Source: Carcharhinus longimanus
Taxonomy: Eukaryota
Assembly: GCA_030264375.1 (NCBI GenBank)
Contig: JASCQW010000162.1
Coordinates: 107,920,965-107,984,964 of the forward strand
Direction of reading: 5' to 3'
Length of the DNA: 64,000 nucleotides
In this document: piece by piece, positions 1 to 13,309 of the stretch
Numbering within the stretch: position 1 is the stretch's first letter
Layout: every line of letters begins with the position of its first letter
The notes under the pieces: generated by a model
Told to the model about the DNA's origin: nothing
Seen by the model: the letters and a program-made list of their open reading frames with translations, nothing else
The model's database searches: none
Translations under genes and position numbers: made by a program

Positions 1-344
1 AAGGAAAACATGAATAAATAATTTATATTGATACCAGGAGCAGTATAAGCTTAAGGAGATCAGCCATGAGGAAGGGTCATGTTTGTGATATTTGCTAGGT
101 CAGGCGTGTCTTAGGTTCATAATGAAAACAGGGGCATGGCTATGTTGGCATTGTGTTTGCCGCTTGGCATCCCAAACCTCTTCATCACTGCATCTCTATT
201 GGAGCTGTACCACAAAGGTGCAAAGATTCCAGGGTAAGTTGGTACATGGGCAGATTCTTTGGCATCAACTGGAAGATCTGGGCCTAAATTGACATTCCTT
301 CATCAAATTTTTGGAGACCTCGCTACCTACTGAATTATGGGGAA

Positions 345-470
345 AAACTTCAATGCACTGGCAGAAGTGGTTCAAGGAGCTACCTCATCACCATCTTCTC
401 AAGGCCAGTCATGGATGGGCAATCAATACTGGATTTATTAGCGACTCCCCACATGAATAAATAAAGAAAA
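345..470 (+). mobile_element. 3' tail fragment of the LINE family also seen at 43770-44075
   Basis: gcagaagtggttcaaggagctacctcatcaccatcttctcaagg...gatgggcaat...catgaataaataaa resembles the 3' end at 43965-44075. Confidence 0.6.
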
Positions 471-1270
471 GATAGATTCTAATTCTGTTGAAATTAATAA
501 CTCAGACAGCTTATAGAATGACTGATTCCACTGAATCTGAGAAGGAGGTATTTATGGCAGACCTAAATTCCTGAACATTCAATTTTCACATCAGAAGGAT
601 GTTGAGCAAATAGAGGGAGACATTTATTCCATGTTTACATTGAGTCATTTTTAAATAAGATTTGTTTATACAGTTGATCCGGGTGAGTATAATTCTAATC
701 ATTTGTTGTGGTGTAGAAGATACCAGAAACCCTGTATAAAAAAATTAAAATTAAATTTAATGTACCAACCTGATGATATAAACCAGTTGCTGCTTTGGTT
801 TTCGATCCAACAAAAAGTGTGTTAAGCCTCTTATCTGGTGGTGACATTCAATCGCTGAAAGACTGATTTAAAAATTCTACAGTCATCCAATCAAAACATA
901 ATTTTATTTGTACAGCCTTTCCAAAAGTTTCATTTGCCCAGCAGTGATATCCATCATCTTGATAAACACAAAATTCACCAGATCAATACTTAAGGGCACA
1001 AATGAAAAGAACAGAAAGTTCAAATCCTGAAAATTGGAATGTGAACAAATTGCTGAAAAGACAGAGTTGCCCCAGGAGAGTTTGTAATGAAGAAAGGCAC
1101 AAATGCTTCAGACTCTTCTGATGATTATCCTATACACCATGATAGTGAATTTTCTTTCCTTTGATGCTGGTGAGTCCTCTGAACATGTCCGTCCTTCCTT
1201 GCTATGAAATAGAGACGCATGGAAATTTTGAACAGCTAATCTAAGAGACCTAAAAGCTTCCTAATAAGCT

Positions 1271-1314
1271 TGAAAGATTCCAACAAGTGGGATGAAAGAT
1301 TCCAACAAGTGAGA
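1271..1314. repeat. 22-bp tandem duplication
   Basis: tgaaagattccaacaagtggga followed by tgaaagattccaacaagtgaga (1 mismatch). Confidence 0.9.
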
Positions 1315-1794
1315 CAAATGGCTTTTTTTTTGTCTTTGCTGCTGGAATTATGATATCTGAGAAGCATGTTCCTGCNNNNNNNNNNNNNNNNNNNNNNNNN
1401 NNNNNNNNNNNNNNNNNNNNTGGGTTCCTGTTTCTGAAAGCAGCTGATTACCCCTTGGGAAATAGGAAACTGTATGCATTTATGCTTGGTTGTGGCTCAT
1501 GTAAATAAACATGTACATTTAAATACAGGTATGGTGTCTCAATTCTGGCTGTCCAAAGCTGGACTTGTCTGAAAACTGGATCTTTTTAGTCTATTCAAGT
1601 AAAACTGATGTACCTGAGCAATTCAAGTAGGTACTGTATTGGCATGGTGCTGGTATTGTTATCTGCTTTGCTGATTGTGCACCTCTCGGTGACTTTCGCC
1701 CTGAGCCACCTGACCTGAAGTTGAACAAAATCCAGAATGACCTTGGTCCTGAGTTTGCGAGTTTTAAGATACCATACCTCTGGCACCTTTTCAC

Positions 1795-2130
1795 AATTGC
1801 ATGATGTTCCAAAGTGCTTTTCAGAAAATACTTAAAAGCAAAATGTAATCAACATTTTAACCAAAAAACTATGGCAGCAAAATTGGGCATGGCAATGCCA
1901 AATGAACCTCTGATCTGATCATTTGTTTTCAGCATTGGTTGAGGAATAAATATTGGCCAGGAATCTGGTGCAGAAATCTCCTGCTGCTCTCTGAAATTGC
2001 AGAAGGTCATGGTCCATTATTACTGTACTGGAATGTTGACCTAGATTATATGCTTAAATACCTGGAGTGGGTCTTGAACTCTCAACCTTTTGACTCAGTG
2101 GTAGTAATCTTGCTGACATTACTGACACTT
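1795..2130 (-). mobile_element. DeuSINE (SacSINE1-like), decayed
   Basis: ttggttgaggaataaatattggccagga...ctagattatatgcttaaatacctggagtgggtcttgaactctcaaccttttgactcag is the reverse complement of a tRNA head plus Deu domain. Confidence 0.7.
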
Positions 2131-2249
2131 ATAAGTATTATACTCTCGAGATGGAGTACCCTGTTACTGCTGAGAGTGTATTTTTGGTACATCAAGAACC
2201 ACTTCAATGAGGTGGCAGAGTGATGCCAGTGTGAGTAGTTGCTTTCATT

Positions 2250-2950
2250 GTTAGTTTGGCTCAGTTGATAGACTGTGGGTTCAAGCCTTAGATTAGACCT
2301 CCGCCGATACTCCAGGCTGGTGATTCAGTGTGATAGTGTGGATGTGTTGCATTGTCAGAGCTGGTTCCTTTCTGAGTAAATGTTCATTCGTCGAATCCCA
2401 CAATGCAGAAAGAGGCCACCTGGCCCATAGGGTCTGACCCATCATAATCCCACCGAGGCCCCATCCTCAGAGCACCACTCATTTAACCTGCTAATCCCTC
2501 TAACCTATGCATCCTGGGACAATTTAAGCGGCAATTTAGCATTGCCAATCAACCTAATAGGCACATCTTTGGTCTGTGGGAGGAAACTGGAGCTCCGGAA
2601 GGAAACCCATGGGAGAATGTGCAAACTCCACACAGATAGTGATCCAAGCCGGGAATAGAACCCAGCTCCCTGGAGCTGTGAGGCAGTAATGCTAACCACT
2701 GTGCCACTGTACTGAATAAAGAGTTCATCTGCGTGGAAGATCACATGGCCCTACTTGCAAAACCGCGTCTAGTTTTTCTGAAGGCTTGGTCACAATAATT
2801 CCCTCAACCAATGCCACCAAAGAAGGATTATCTGGCTATTCATTTGGTTCCTATGTTTAGATTGCAACACAAGTGCTTATCATGTTGATTTGTTTCAAAG
2901 AACTTTGAGACACAGGGATGTGATGAGGTGCAATGTAAATACAATTTACT
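2250..2950 (+). mobile_element. DeuSINE (SacSINE1-like), decayed, interrupted by an HE1 SINE
   Basis: tggctcagttgata...gtgggttcaagcc head. The Deu-like segment ...ttccctcaaccaatgccacc...gattatctggctattcat and the tail gaggtgcaatgtaaatacaa resume after the HE1 copy. Confidence 0.6.
2393..2714 (-). mobile_element. HE1-type V-SINE
   Basis: Reverse complement of a tRNA head (gctaaccactgtgcca), V-domain (gagaatgtgcaaactccacacaga) and CR1-like tail (cagaaagaggcca). Confidence 0.9.
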
Positions 2951-4142
2951 ACTTTTTGTATTTTTTTTGATCCTTCAGAGGAGAGGGGGTCAGTAAACAG
3001 CAGTTATGGGAGCAACCATTAAAACTCAATGGGAAAAGGAAGCAGCAATTTGAGGACTGAATAGAACTGCAACTTTGTTTGAGCCACACTAGATTTAAAT
3101 GAGCCTCACTGGCTATTGCATCCAGAAGAAAAATTGAACCCAACATGCTAACAGAGATTACTGCCCTGGTTTCCGTGGAAAAGCGGTAGTGTGGTGCAAC
3201 ACGCTCTCTCTCTCTTCTCTGTGACCTGGTCTGCAAAGTGTCACAAATACAAGTGTCATCTCTCAAAACTCCAGTAAAACCAAGAAGCCTTGCTGCTTTA
3301 GATAGGGAGTCCAACTGTGCAACAGTGTGTGTCTCAATACTGTGGGAAAGAAAATTCCTCAGTGGGTGGCCTGCTGGTTCACTGCAGCATGAGTTGATAT
3401 CTATAATTCAATCCTGTGGTTGTGGGAAGCAGTGAATCTTTTCAGTTCTGAGAGTACCACAAAATCTAATGCTGCCTGTGAGGGAGATTAACACACCCAC
3501 GTTACAATTTGTAGCCTGAACAAAAGCCACATTCAGTGCTGGAAATATTGGAAGTCCTTTTTGCACAAAGTCACTTAGAATTACATAGAATCTATAGCTT
3601 GGAAGCAGGCCATTTGGCCTGACCACCTATGTGCTCTGTATTCAGAAGAACTTGCTCGCACTCCTGTTACTGCTTCCCACCCTGCCTCAGTATCTCTTCA
3701 GCCTTTTATATGTATTGTCCTTCTAAATTCTATGTGTCATATTGGTAGCTGCCTTTCATCCACTGTGGGCAAAGTTTCTCTAAATTGACCCAAATGAATC
3801 CCATTAGTATTTCAAAGGCCTCCATCAGATTTTCTGTCCTCCAGAGAAAAGGGCTCTTAGCTGCATCCTCTCAGTTGCAGGGTTTTGCATTTTTTTTCAT
3901 TTCTTCAAGATAATTTTTGTAGAATATAGATCAAATTGTTCAAAATCGGGCCAGAATTTGCACCAAAATAATGGCACAGCTAATGGCATTCGTTACTTGT
4001 GTAAGTGTTATAGAGCAACTCCAGGTGACGTGAAGATTCACCATTAAATGCCACTATTGACTTGTTCCACCCTGCCATTAGGTTTGTAAAAATGGCATTC
4101 TGTCATCTGTCTTTCTATTGACATATATTGTCATGAATTTGT

Positions 4143-4354
4143 AGAGTCATAGAGATACCCAGCATGGAAACAGGCCCTTGACCCAACTTCTCCATGCTGA
4201 CCAGGTTTCTTAAACTGAACTAGTCCCATTTGCCTGCATTTGGCCCATATCCCTCTAACCATTCCCTATCCATATACCTATCCAAATGTATTTTTAGTGT
4301 TGTAATTGTACCTGCCTCTGGCAACTCATTCCATGTATGCATCATCCTCTGTGT
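4143..4354 (-). mobile_element. CR1/HER1-like LINE 3' end
   Basis: agagtcatagaga...cagcatggaaacaggccctt...ccatatccctcta: typical shark CR1 3' UTR in reverse. Confidence 0.75.
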
Positions 4355-5145
4355 ACTTGTATGGTAGATATGAACAAAACCTGCTACAGATGCTTAGGGC
4401 TAATAATGTGAAAATTAACAAATGTGGAGTTTGTTCTTTTTAGGCCTTGAAGTTTTAGGGTAGATCTTAAAAATTTAATTGAACAGAATTCCCTTTTGCC
4501 TCTCTTCCTAAATAACCTATTCCTCCCTTTCATTTTCTTTCCATATCTGGTTGACAATGTACATCATCCACTTTACTATTTAATGTTGTTCTCAATCCTT
4601 CTTCCACCATTTATCTTCCAATGCTTAAACTTCAGTGCCAGCAAAAGGACAACCAAAAGGCCGTCAATTTGCCACTGTGCTGTTATCAGTTCTTACTTTC
4701 AGCAACTTTGAATAAATATTTTTGAACTGGGATTTCGAGGGCAAACCTGGCACCAGGTTGAGTTGATGCCCTGTTACATTGGTGCATTGTGATTACGATT
4801 CAATTGACCTTCTCTTGCGCTTCCTCTCATGGGAGAAGATTTCCTGATACTTGATTCATTTGAAGGTCCAGTAGTAATTCCATCTTGAACTATTTGCATG
4901 TTGAATCGCAAAGGAGTCTTGCACACAGATTTGAAAGATTCACCCCAATCCCTTTCACCTGTTTCACTTCCTTGCTGTAACTGTTCATTTTGGTAGTAGT
5001 TGATAGCAATGAAGTAATACAACAGGTCAGGTGTTTGAACAAGTTGCATTATGAATGTGAGATGTAATTTAAAACAAACAAACAGATCTTCATATATCTT
5101 GCATTCTTTTGTTTATCATCATCTCTTTGCCCCGTTCTGTGTCTT

Positions 5146-5990
5146 ATAGAATTTACTGCACAGAGACAGGACATTTGGCCCACCTATCCATGTTAGTGTT
5201 TAAGACCTTAAGGTGCCTTTCATTCTCATTCTTATTCTTATTCTTATTCTTATCCAACTAGTATCACCCTCAATTCCCATCTCCCTCATGCTTAACCAAC
5301 CTCCTGTTAAATACATCTATACTATTTGCCTAATTTGTTCCCTATGATGGTGAGTTTCACATTCTTGCCATTCTCCAGGTAGAATAGTCTCCATTTGATT
5401 TCTTGGTCACTTTCTTAAATTGATGACTTTTAGGTTTGCTCTTCCCATAAGTGGGAACTTTCTGTCTACTCTTATCAAAATCTTCCATAACATTAAAGAT
5501 CTATGAAGCCGTCCCTCATCTTTCCCTTTGCAATTATAATTTTGCATTTCAGGTATAATCCTTGTAAATCTATTCCCCAAGTGCTTCTGAATAATATGCT
5601 GGTCAGAGCTATGCCCAGTGTGCAGTGTGTCCTAAGGTTTTATACAAGTTTAACATAACTTCTCTACGATTCAATTCTATTCCTCTGGAAATATACCTTA
5701 GTTTACTTTGTTTGCCTTTTTATGGCCTGCTTAACCTACATTGCTACTTTTAGCAATGTATGTATTTGTACTCCCAGATCTATTTACTCCTTCATCCCAA
5801 TTAGAATTACTTATCTGGATGTCTAGTTTTCCCCTTAAATGGATCTATGCTGTTTCCCTCGACGACTCCATGTACTGGCAAGTTCCACATTCTGACCACT
5901 CTTTGCACAAGGATGTTTCTCTTGAATTTACTATTGGTTTTATTAATAGCTCTTCTATTTATCGCTCCAAAAATTGGATTCCCTCATAAA
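5146..5990 (-). mobile_element. old CR1-group LINE fragments (3' UTR and RT C-terminus)
   Basis: atagaatttactgcacagagacaggacatttggccca tail, followed by decayed reverse-strand RT-like sequence. Confidence 0.55.
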
Positions 5991-7659
5991 TCTGACCTGC
6001 NNNNNNNNNNACTGCTTTTCTATGTCTATTCAACTCGTCTTGACTTGAAAAACCTCTTATATTTTATATTTGCTTTTAGGTGAAAAAAATGAAATGCTTA
6101 CTTATCTTTTGTATGATTTAATATTTTTCCAGAACCAGACTTTAACTCGTTACCTTTACTTCCCTTTTAATGCAAGGAGACAGGGTAGCTTGAAAGGAGT
6201 TTTAGTTGTGCACAATGAAACGTAAACTTTTGTTTATTTCATGCAAATGAAATTCTTCTTGCAAGCAGTACAGTGTGCAAATTATTAAAACCCCTAGTTG
6301 TGTTCCTTATTTTAGGAAATGGTACAGTAAATCGTTTGTTGTTTATGCCATAATGTGTATACTGTAACAGATCTCCACTGAGCTGTACATGTTAGGTGAA
6401 GTAGTTAAAATGTCTACTGAAAAGTTAATCATTATGTTGAGTGCTAAGATGTAGATATTGAGTAAAGTAACTATTTAGCCCTTTAAGAGCTCAGTGAGTC
6501 AGGAGTTACTTTTACTATATTAGTGGGGCTGTGGACACTTAAAGTAACCCTTGAGCAGAAGGTCAGCAACTGAAGTGCAGGACAAAGCAGTTTTGTTTTA
6601 CTCTGGGTTTACTGAGGCTTTAGAGACTAGATGTTCATAAACCTTTCAGTATACAGTTACTGTCTGTTACACTTTGGACCTTTGTAGCATATCTTGACAC
6701 TTTAATGAAGTAAATGAGGGGGCATTGGATGATCTTATCCCGATGAACAATGATAAGCTGTTAATGGACAAGAACATCTTCCAACGGAGGGTTAAGTTTC
6801 CCAGCCACAATGCAGCCTATGGTTTGTCTTTGTTGGATTGTCAGCCTAATGACAATGCTGACTTGTCTGTAATGCCAATGGAATCTTGGTAAGCATAATG
6901 TAGATCTGCTTAGTTGAAGTGTTGCAAGAATTTTCAGTATAAAAATTGACCACAGTTGAGTATAAAAATGATGTAGTAAATTCTTTTATCATGTATGCTT
7001 TTAAGGTAATGAAACCTACATATGATGCACACAATGAGTGCATATAAAGCAATAAAGCTATCAAATGACTTGATTGAAAACGTTTTAAAATCCCACCAAG
7101 TACACTGCAAATAAGAGAACTATTTCCTCAGTTATACATTAACGTCCTCTGAAATTTCTGAAATTAGCAATGTAAGATCCATAATTTGTTTCCTTTTGTT
7201 GTTGTGAACTGTTGGTTATTGTGGGTTTCAAACAGGATTTATTTGTAATTCTATAATAACTACTAGCATATCAAACACTTAAAGCAGAGCATAATATAAA
7301 CACTCATTAAATGTTGACGTGAGGTTCTGTCAGTGGTTATTGCTGCCCTTCTACCTCTGGAGCTTAAGACAAAGATGTTCTCAACTGATTCCAATTGACA
7401 TATCCCCCCATCTTTCACATCATTGTAGGCAGCCAGACATCAGTATCTGTGCTGTGGCAAGGATAAACATTGCATTCACAATATTGCCTGCAGAATCTAC
7501 AATTGTAACCTTGCTAACATTGAGTAAACTGGTCCATTCGAACTGCAGAATCCGTGTTACTTGGCCCATGTGAAGAATGCCGTCTGGTGTTTTATCCTTT
7601 TGCCTAATTAGCGGATTATTGGAGGTTTAGATTAAAGGTGATGTGGTTGTGCAAGAGAT

Positions 7660-8037
7660 TCTGAAACTATGAAAGGTCATGAATGTAGCCCAATTCATCA
7701 CACAAACCAGCCTCCCACCCATTGACTCTGTCTACACTTCCCACTGCTGTGGAAAAGCATAATTAAGTATCCCACGCACCCTGGACATACTATCTTCCAC
7801 CTTCTTCTGTTGGGAAAATGATACAAAAGCCTGAATACCTTCTTCCCTGCTGCCATCAGACTTTTGAATGACCTACCTGACATTAAGTTGATCTTTCTCT
7901 ACACCCTATCTACAACTGTAACACTACATTCTGCAGTCTCTCGTTTCCTTCTCTATGAACGATATATTTTGTCTGTATAGTGCGCAAGAAACAGTACTTT
8001 TCACTATATGCCAGTACATGTGACAAATCAAATCAAA
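7660..8037 (+). mobile_element. Rex1/Babar LINE 3' fragment
   Basis: Decayed frame AQFITQTSLPPIDSVYTS...PTHPGHTIFHLL...FFPAAIRLLN, then a 3' UTR ending catgtgacaaatcaaatcaaa. Confidence 0.75.
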
Positions 8038-8404
8038 GTTTGCTGAGATCCATTCCTTCTGCCAGCTTATTTTTGGAGGGTTCTGTCCCCTGCATACAGC
8101 ATTGAGGAAAGCTGGACCACTGGGTTTAGGCTGGATGGTCCTGTATGTTCCAAGGACCACCACTAAAATTGGGAACATTGCACTGGAAAGTAAGATCTAA
8201 TGCTGTGTTTGCGTTACAAGTATCCATATCAGTATTTCTCCTCACCTTCTGCTCTCTTGCCTCTACCAGATGTTATCTTCTGTTCATCCACTTTTGCTTT
8301 TTCTACTTCTTCTGTCCATTTATTCCAGTTTCTTCAATCTTTCCACTGCAGTCTCCAGCACTTGCATCCTTTCTCTGCTTCCCATTTGAGTATTGCATTT
8401 TACT

Positions 8405-8545
8405 ATTTGTGGAACAATGTATATGAATTGGCTGCCATGTTTCCCTATATTTTAACAGTGGCAATACTCAAAAGTACTTAATGGTTGTAAAATGCTTTGG
8501 AGGCCATGAAGTCATGAAGAACACTAGAAAAATGCAAATAATTTT
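8405..8545 (+). mobile_element. DeuSINE 3' fragment
   Basis: aattggctgccatgtttccctatatt...caaaagtacttaatggttgtaaaatgctttgg...actagaaaatgcaa. Confidence 0.6.
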
Positions 8546-8846
8546 ATACTTTTCTCTGGGTTTTTCCCTTCTGACTTGGGGTCTCCCGCTCGGAGCCTCC
8601 TGTGCCCTCGGTCTCATCACCATGGTAGTTTTGATCAGTGCTTTGGAATGAGCATTGTGGAAGATCCTAAGATTAATTTCTGGTTTCAGGTTAACCAGTG
8701 GCTGGGTTTTTGAATGATAGAGTATCAGAGACAGAAAAAAGATGGGCAATATTAGTGTGCATTGAGAAAGAATTTGCATGAAATTTTCTGTATTTTACTT
8801 GGTTTTATGATGTTACTTAGGAAGAATTAATTGTATTAATATATGC

Positions 8847-9238
8847 CAGTGGTTCCAAAAATGGGGTATGGCATATGTCTCTAGGGGGTACTTTTCTCAA
8901 TTGCGTAATGGTGGATTTTCAGCTGTGAAACTTTCTTTCTGACCTCTGCCTCCCCTTCTCTGTAGCCCATGCGTTCCCAAATGCAAGTGTCTCTGCAGTC
9001 AGGCTAAAGTGCTGCTGCTCACCATGCTTCTTACCTTTGTGATGCAATGTCCTGAGTTGACAGATTTACTAAGGTTTCTGGTTTATATCAGTCAACTTGA
9101 TTGCAATTATGAATGTTTCCATTTGTGGCCAGAACAATGAATGGTTTTGTGTTAAATACAATTCTTGGTATCTCTCTGCAACATAAAACTGCATTTCTGT
9201 ATTGTTACATGTGCAAAATGAAGGTTGGGCAACTTCTG
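8847..9238. mobile_element. hAT/Charlie-like non-autonomous element
   Basis: Left end cagtggttccaaaaatggggta and right end aaggttgggcaacttctg resemble CAGTGGTTCCCAA TIRs. No TSD was recognised. Confidence 0.45.
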
Positions 9239-11546
9239 TTAGGCAAGGAAAAATTCAGATGCAAGTTATTACACCTGATGATGGGAACCCTGGACTTGCT
9301 CTGTTAGAGACCTGGGCACAATTTGTTTGATTAGACACTAATTGAGTGCATATTGGACAAGAGCAAATAAGTTGTATATAGATTTTTGTTTTAAAACTAA
9401 TCCCTAACTATCTTCCCTGATGATGATGAATAAACTTAACTCCCTGTGTCCAGGTTATTGACAACAGGTTGCAACAGAATTTCCCAACCTGGCGCAATAT
9501 CATTGAAACCACCCCCCTCCCCCAAATAGTTTCCCCACTTGAGCAAGATAACAAATAACTCAAAAGCTTTGAAAATTTTGCATTTTGTTATTAGATAATT
9601 AGCTCCAGTGCATGAAGATTTTTTGATTTGAAACAACAGCTACAATGCAGTTTGGTTTAACTTGCGTTTCAGGAACTGTGGATCTGCAAATCAAGATGGC
9701 TAACTTTTTAAATGCAGAAAGAACAGAGTGCTCCTTAATCAGTACAACATGCCAGTGACTCATTGTCTTTTAACCAGTTTTATTAGAATATTAGAGATAA
9801 AACAGGTTCTCAAATGATGTCCTTCACATTTTAAGTCTACTTGGAAAATCTATGAAAGAAACACAGTCTGGAATGTTAGTAACCGCTTTGTGCTGCTCCA
9901 GTTGAAGGGGTAATTAATGCGCTGTGGAGTTTTGTTATGACCTTGCTTCATGGAATATCCGAGAACAATTGATGTTGTAAATCCATGCCAAGGGTTGCTG
10001 GGAAAATACACCGTTATAGCTGCTGTAGCGGGAATTCTTCTCCAGCATTGTCACAGATGTATTTTCTTAAATTTGAACCAGATGTGCTTACACGTTGAAA
10101 CAAAACATCAGTCGTTGGAGGATCTTACTAGTTACCATTGTCCTTTTTGAATTGACTTTGTTACACAACGTTATGTCAGGATGATTTGGCCCCTTTTAAA
10201 ATGGCAGTGCTTTTCTTTCATGAATTTATAAAATATTACAAAAAATATTACCATGTTACAAAAATGTTGTTTCAGTTGATTTGTTTTAAATGTTTACTTA
10301 GAGATACCATTTTATTGTAATGGGACTGATCTTCAAAGGGTTGTCACTTCACTTGTTCTTGTGTTTGTTGGAATAGAAATATTTCTGCTTCAGTAAGTTT
10401 TATTGGATGCATAGGGTTTACTGTATAGTTACATAGAATCACATAAAACTTACAGCACAGAAACCGACTGTTTGACCCAACTGGCCTCTGTTTTATGCAC
10501 TGCTTACTTAGCTTCCCTCCACTCTATTTTATCTAACCCGTATCTGTGTAGCCTTCTGCTCCTTTCTCCCTCACGTACCTATCTAAATTCCCAATCAATA
10601 CATCAATACTGCTTGCCAGCTGAAGGACAGATGATGGTTATACGGGGAGTGATGGTTTAAAAGCAATTAATGCTTTGTCAAATGAGTTGTAACAAGAACC
10701 AAAAGGCTGATGTGTAGTCACAACAGTTTTGCATAACATCTTTTATATTTCTAATCACCGAATTGCTATCATTGTAAACAAAATGGTGGTTTTGATAATA
10801 TTGACTGAAATTTTACTTGCCTTTTTTGCATAAATTTAATGATCTGTCAAGAGGCTTTACAGAGTCATATCAACAGTTCTGTTGCTATCTGAAAAGAATG
10901 GCCCTTCCTTGTGACTAATAAATAAACTTTTCCTTTACTTCAACTATTTTAGCAGTCATTTGAAATAAAGTAAAAACAAATAGTTTTTTTGTCAGATTGA
11001 ACTTTTGTAGCATTTGGAAGAGCTGGGCCGTTTTAACATCATAAATTTTTCAGTGCAATTATCCAATATTAACTTCATAATTTTTAATTCCCTCCTACTC
11101 GTGAGTGCCAATTTCCACTAGAGCAAATCAGTTTTCTAAAGTAAGTACATTAGTGGTGTTTGCTGATTTGTGTTTAGAATTGACATGTTTAATAAACATC
11201 AATTCGCTGTCAAGAACGCAGTGAAGTACAGTGTGATGACTACGAAGAAGTTGTGCTGTTAGATTAAATGGTTTGAGCGTTTGCTTGCTGTCACTGTCAC
11301 AATTGACATTAATTATTGATAGAAGCTGACATGGCGCATGTGCTGGTGGCAATGACTGTAATATAAGCTAGATAGAAACTGCAGTGTACTAGGGAGATTA
11401 ACAAAAGGCTGGACCTGTGGCACGTAGGCCATTTCATTTCTCCATTTTATTACATAGTCAATTTATATCTGTAGCATATATTGTTGCATTACTTAAAATG
11501 TGAAACAATGAGTCGTCAAGTTTCCTTTGATCGTGTACCTCCACAG

Positions 11547-11621
11547 GAACTGCACAGGAGAACTCCAATCCAGCCAGAGTCGGCAAAGACAAAGGCTCTT
11601 CAAACAGTTATTGAAATGAAG
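11547..11621 (+). CDS. ERC2: ELKS/RAB6-interacting/CAST family member 2, internal coding exon (75 nt, phase 0/0)
   Basis: Pyrimidine-rich acceptor ...cctccacag| and donor AAG|gtaaga. Translates ELHRRTPIQPESAKTKALQTVIEMK, matching recalled mammalian ERC2 ELHRRSQLQPEPAKTKALQTVIEMK. Confidence 0.95.
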
Positions 11622-12998
11622 GTAAGACCATTCACTCTACTTCAACTGTAGTGTGGTGCTGAAAAAAGATGCATGTCATTGCTGTAAAACCCAATTAATC
11701 TGAAACTGTGGGAACAGTCCTGTGCAAGTTTCATATTTATTTAAAAGCCCAACCTTTGAATTGATAATTTGCCATTAAAGACAAATTAATGCTGTATGCT
11801 TAAAGCTTACTGGGAAGCAGTGGTGACATTTGTCAAGTAGATTAGGCAATGCTTATTTTTCTGATTTATTTCTCGGATTTTGCTTCCAAATTTCTCCCAA
11901 TCCAAAAGGGCAGCTGACATACAATTTTTGACCGAATTTGGGGGGGGGGGAGAGAATAGAATTCTCAACTTAAAATATTAAAGACTTCCAAAACATTGAA
12001 AAATCAGGCACTTTTCCTTTGCACATTAATATGAAAGCACCAATAAAAGTGAAATGCGTACAAACAATAAGGAGCCAACAGTGGAATGATACATGTACCA
12101 CATGCAGTAAAAATTATGCATATCTGGCTGAAAAGATACAGGATACAAATCCACTATCACTTTGCCTTTTATTGGAATGTTGGCATCTGTTAAATGTTCA
12201 ATTAAAGCTGGATTGGAGGAAAAGTCTTTCTGTTTGATTTAATAGATTCATCCGTTTAAAATAATTGTTTAATTCTGTATACTGTCAGATATCGGTAACT
12301 CATAGTTAGCAATATGTATATATAATGAAATGCTTGGCAGGTTTTTTCCTTTTTTTAACTTTCCGACTGATCTCCTCATGATAGCCCCACAGTTTGTTGT
12401 TTTGTTTCTATTGGACGTTACAGTTTTGGATTTTTAAAAGTACCTCTGTCCCTCAACAGTCTCTGTAAATGAACTGTGTTCATGGAAACCACACTTTTTA
12501 AAAGACTTTCCAGGTGTGTGAACTATAATTAGCCTCTTTAAGATAATTTATCGATCTAAGTTAATTGAAGTCATTTATCAACTTGGTTCATCATAAATTG
12601 ACCACTATCATGCTACTTGCTTTGAAGCAGCAGAGTATTAAACTCAGAGCAGAGATAGCACATCTGAAGCATCTACTTAAAAAAAGGGCTAATTAAATGG
12701 AAATCCAAAAGATAAAAGCATGAGCAATTCATCAAATAATAAACAGTGCAATAAATACACAAAAAGGAATGTTTCCTGTTGGGTAATTAGCCATTTCAAG
12801 AAATGTCTTTCAGAAAGTGTTAGATCTTTGGAGATTTGCACTGAACATTTCCCTTGCGGCACAGCACTGGTGGCCACTTCCATAAGTGGATCTCCAATTA
12901 AAGGAGAATCTGCTCTTATATGCCCATTATATCTCAATAATTGCAGTGAAGCCCTGGATTAAATATATAGAAGTTTATTTGATTTGTTGCAATCCTTT

Positions 12999-13309
12999 GG
13001 GCAGCATCATGGCCCAGTAGTTAGCACTGCTGCCTGTTGGCGCCAGAGACCCAGGTTCAGTTCTGGCCTTGGGTCACCGCCTGTGTGGAGTTTGCACATT
13101 CTCCTTGTGTCTGCGTGAGTTTCCTTGGGGTGCTCCATTTCCTCCTTCGGTTCCAAAATATGTGGATTAGGTTAATTTGCCGTGCTAAATTCCTCGTAAT
13201 ATCAGCAAGGTAAATACATGAGATTATGGAGATCAGGCCTGGATGAGATTGTGGTCAGTGCAGGTCCAATGGGCTGACTGGCCTCCTCCTGCACTGTAGG
13301 GATTCTATG
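12999..13309 (+). mobile_element. HE1-type V-SINE
   Basis: tggcccagtagttagcactgctgcc head, tgtgtggagtttgcacattctcc V-domain, tail gcactgtagggattctatg. Confidence 0.9.

Noticed and set aside
1271-1314. Direct repeat as a CRISPR-like array
   Set aside because: Only two adjacent units, no spacers, eukaryotic context.
700-1560. Possible solo LTR (also ~16690-17160)
   Set aside because: Looks like shark LTR sequence, but both termini and a TSD could not be defined.
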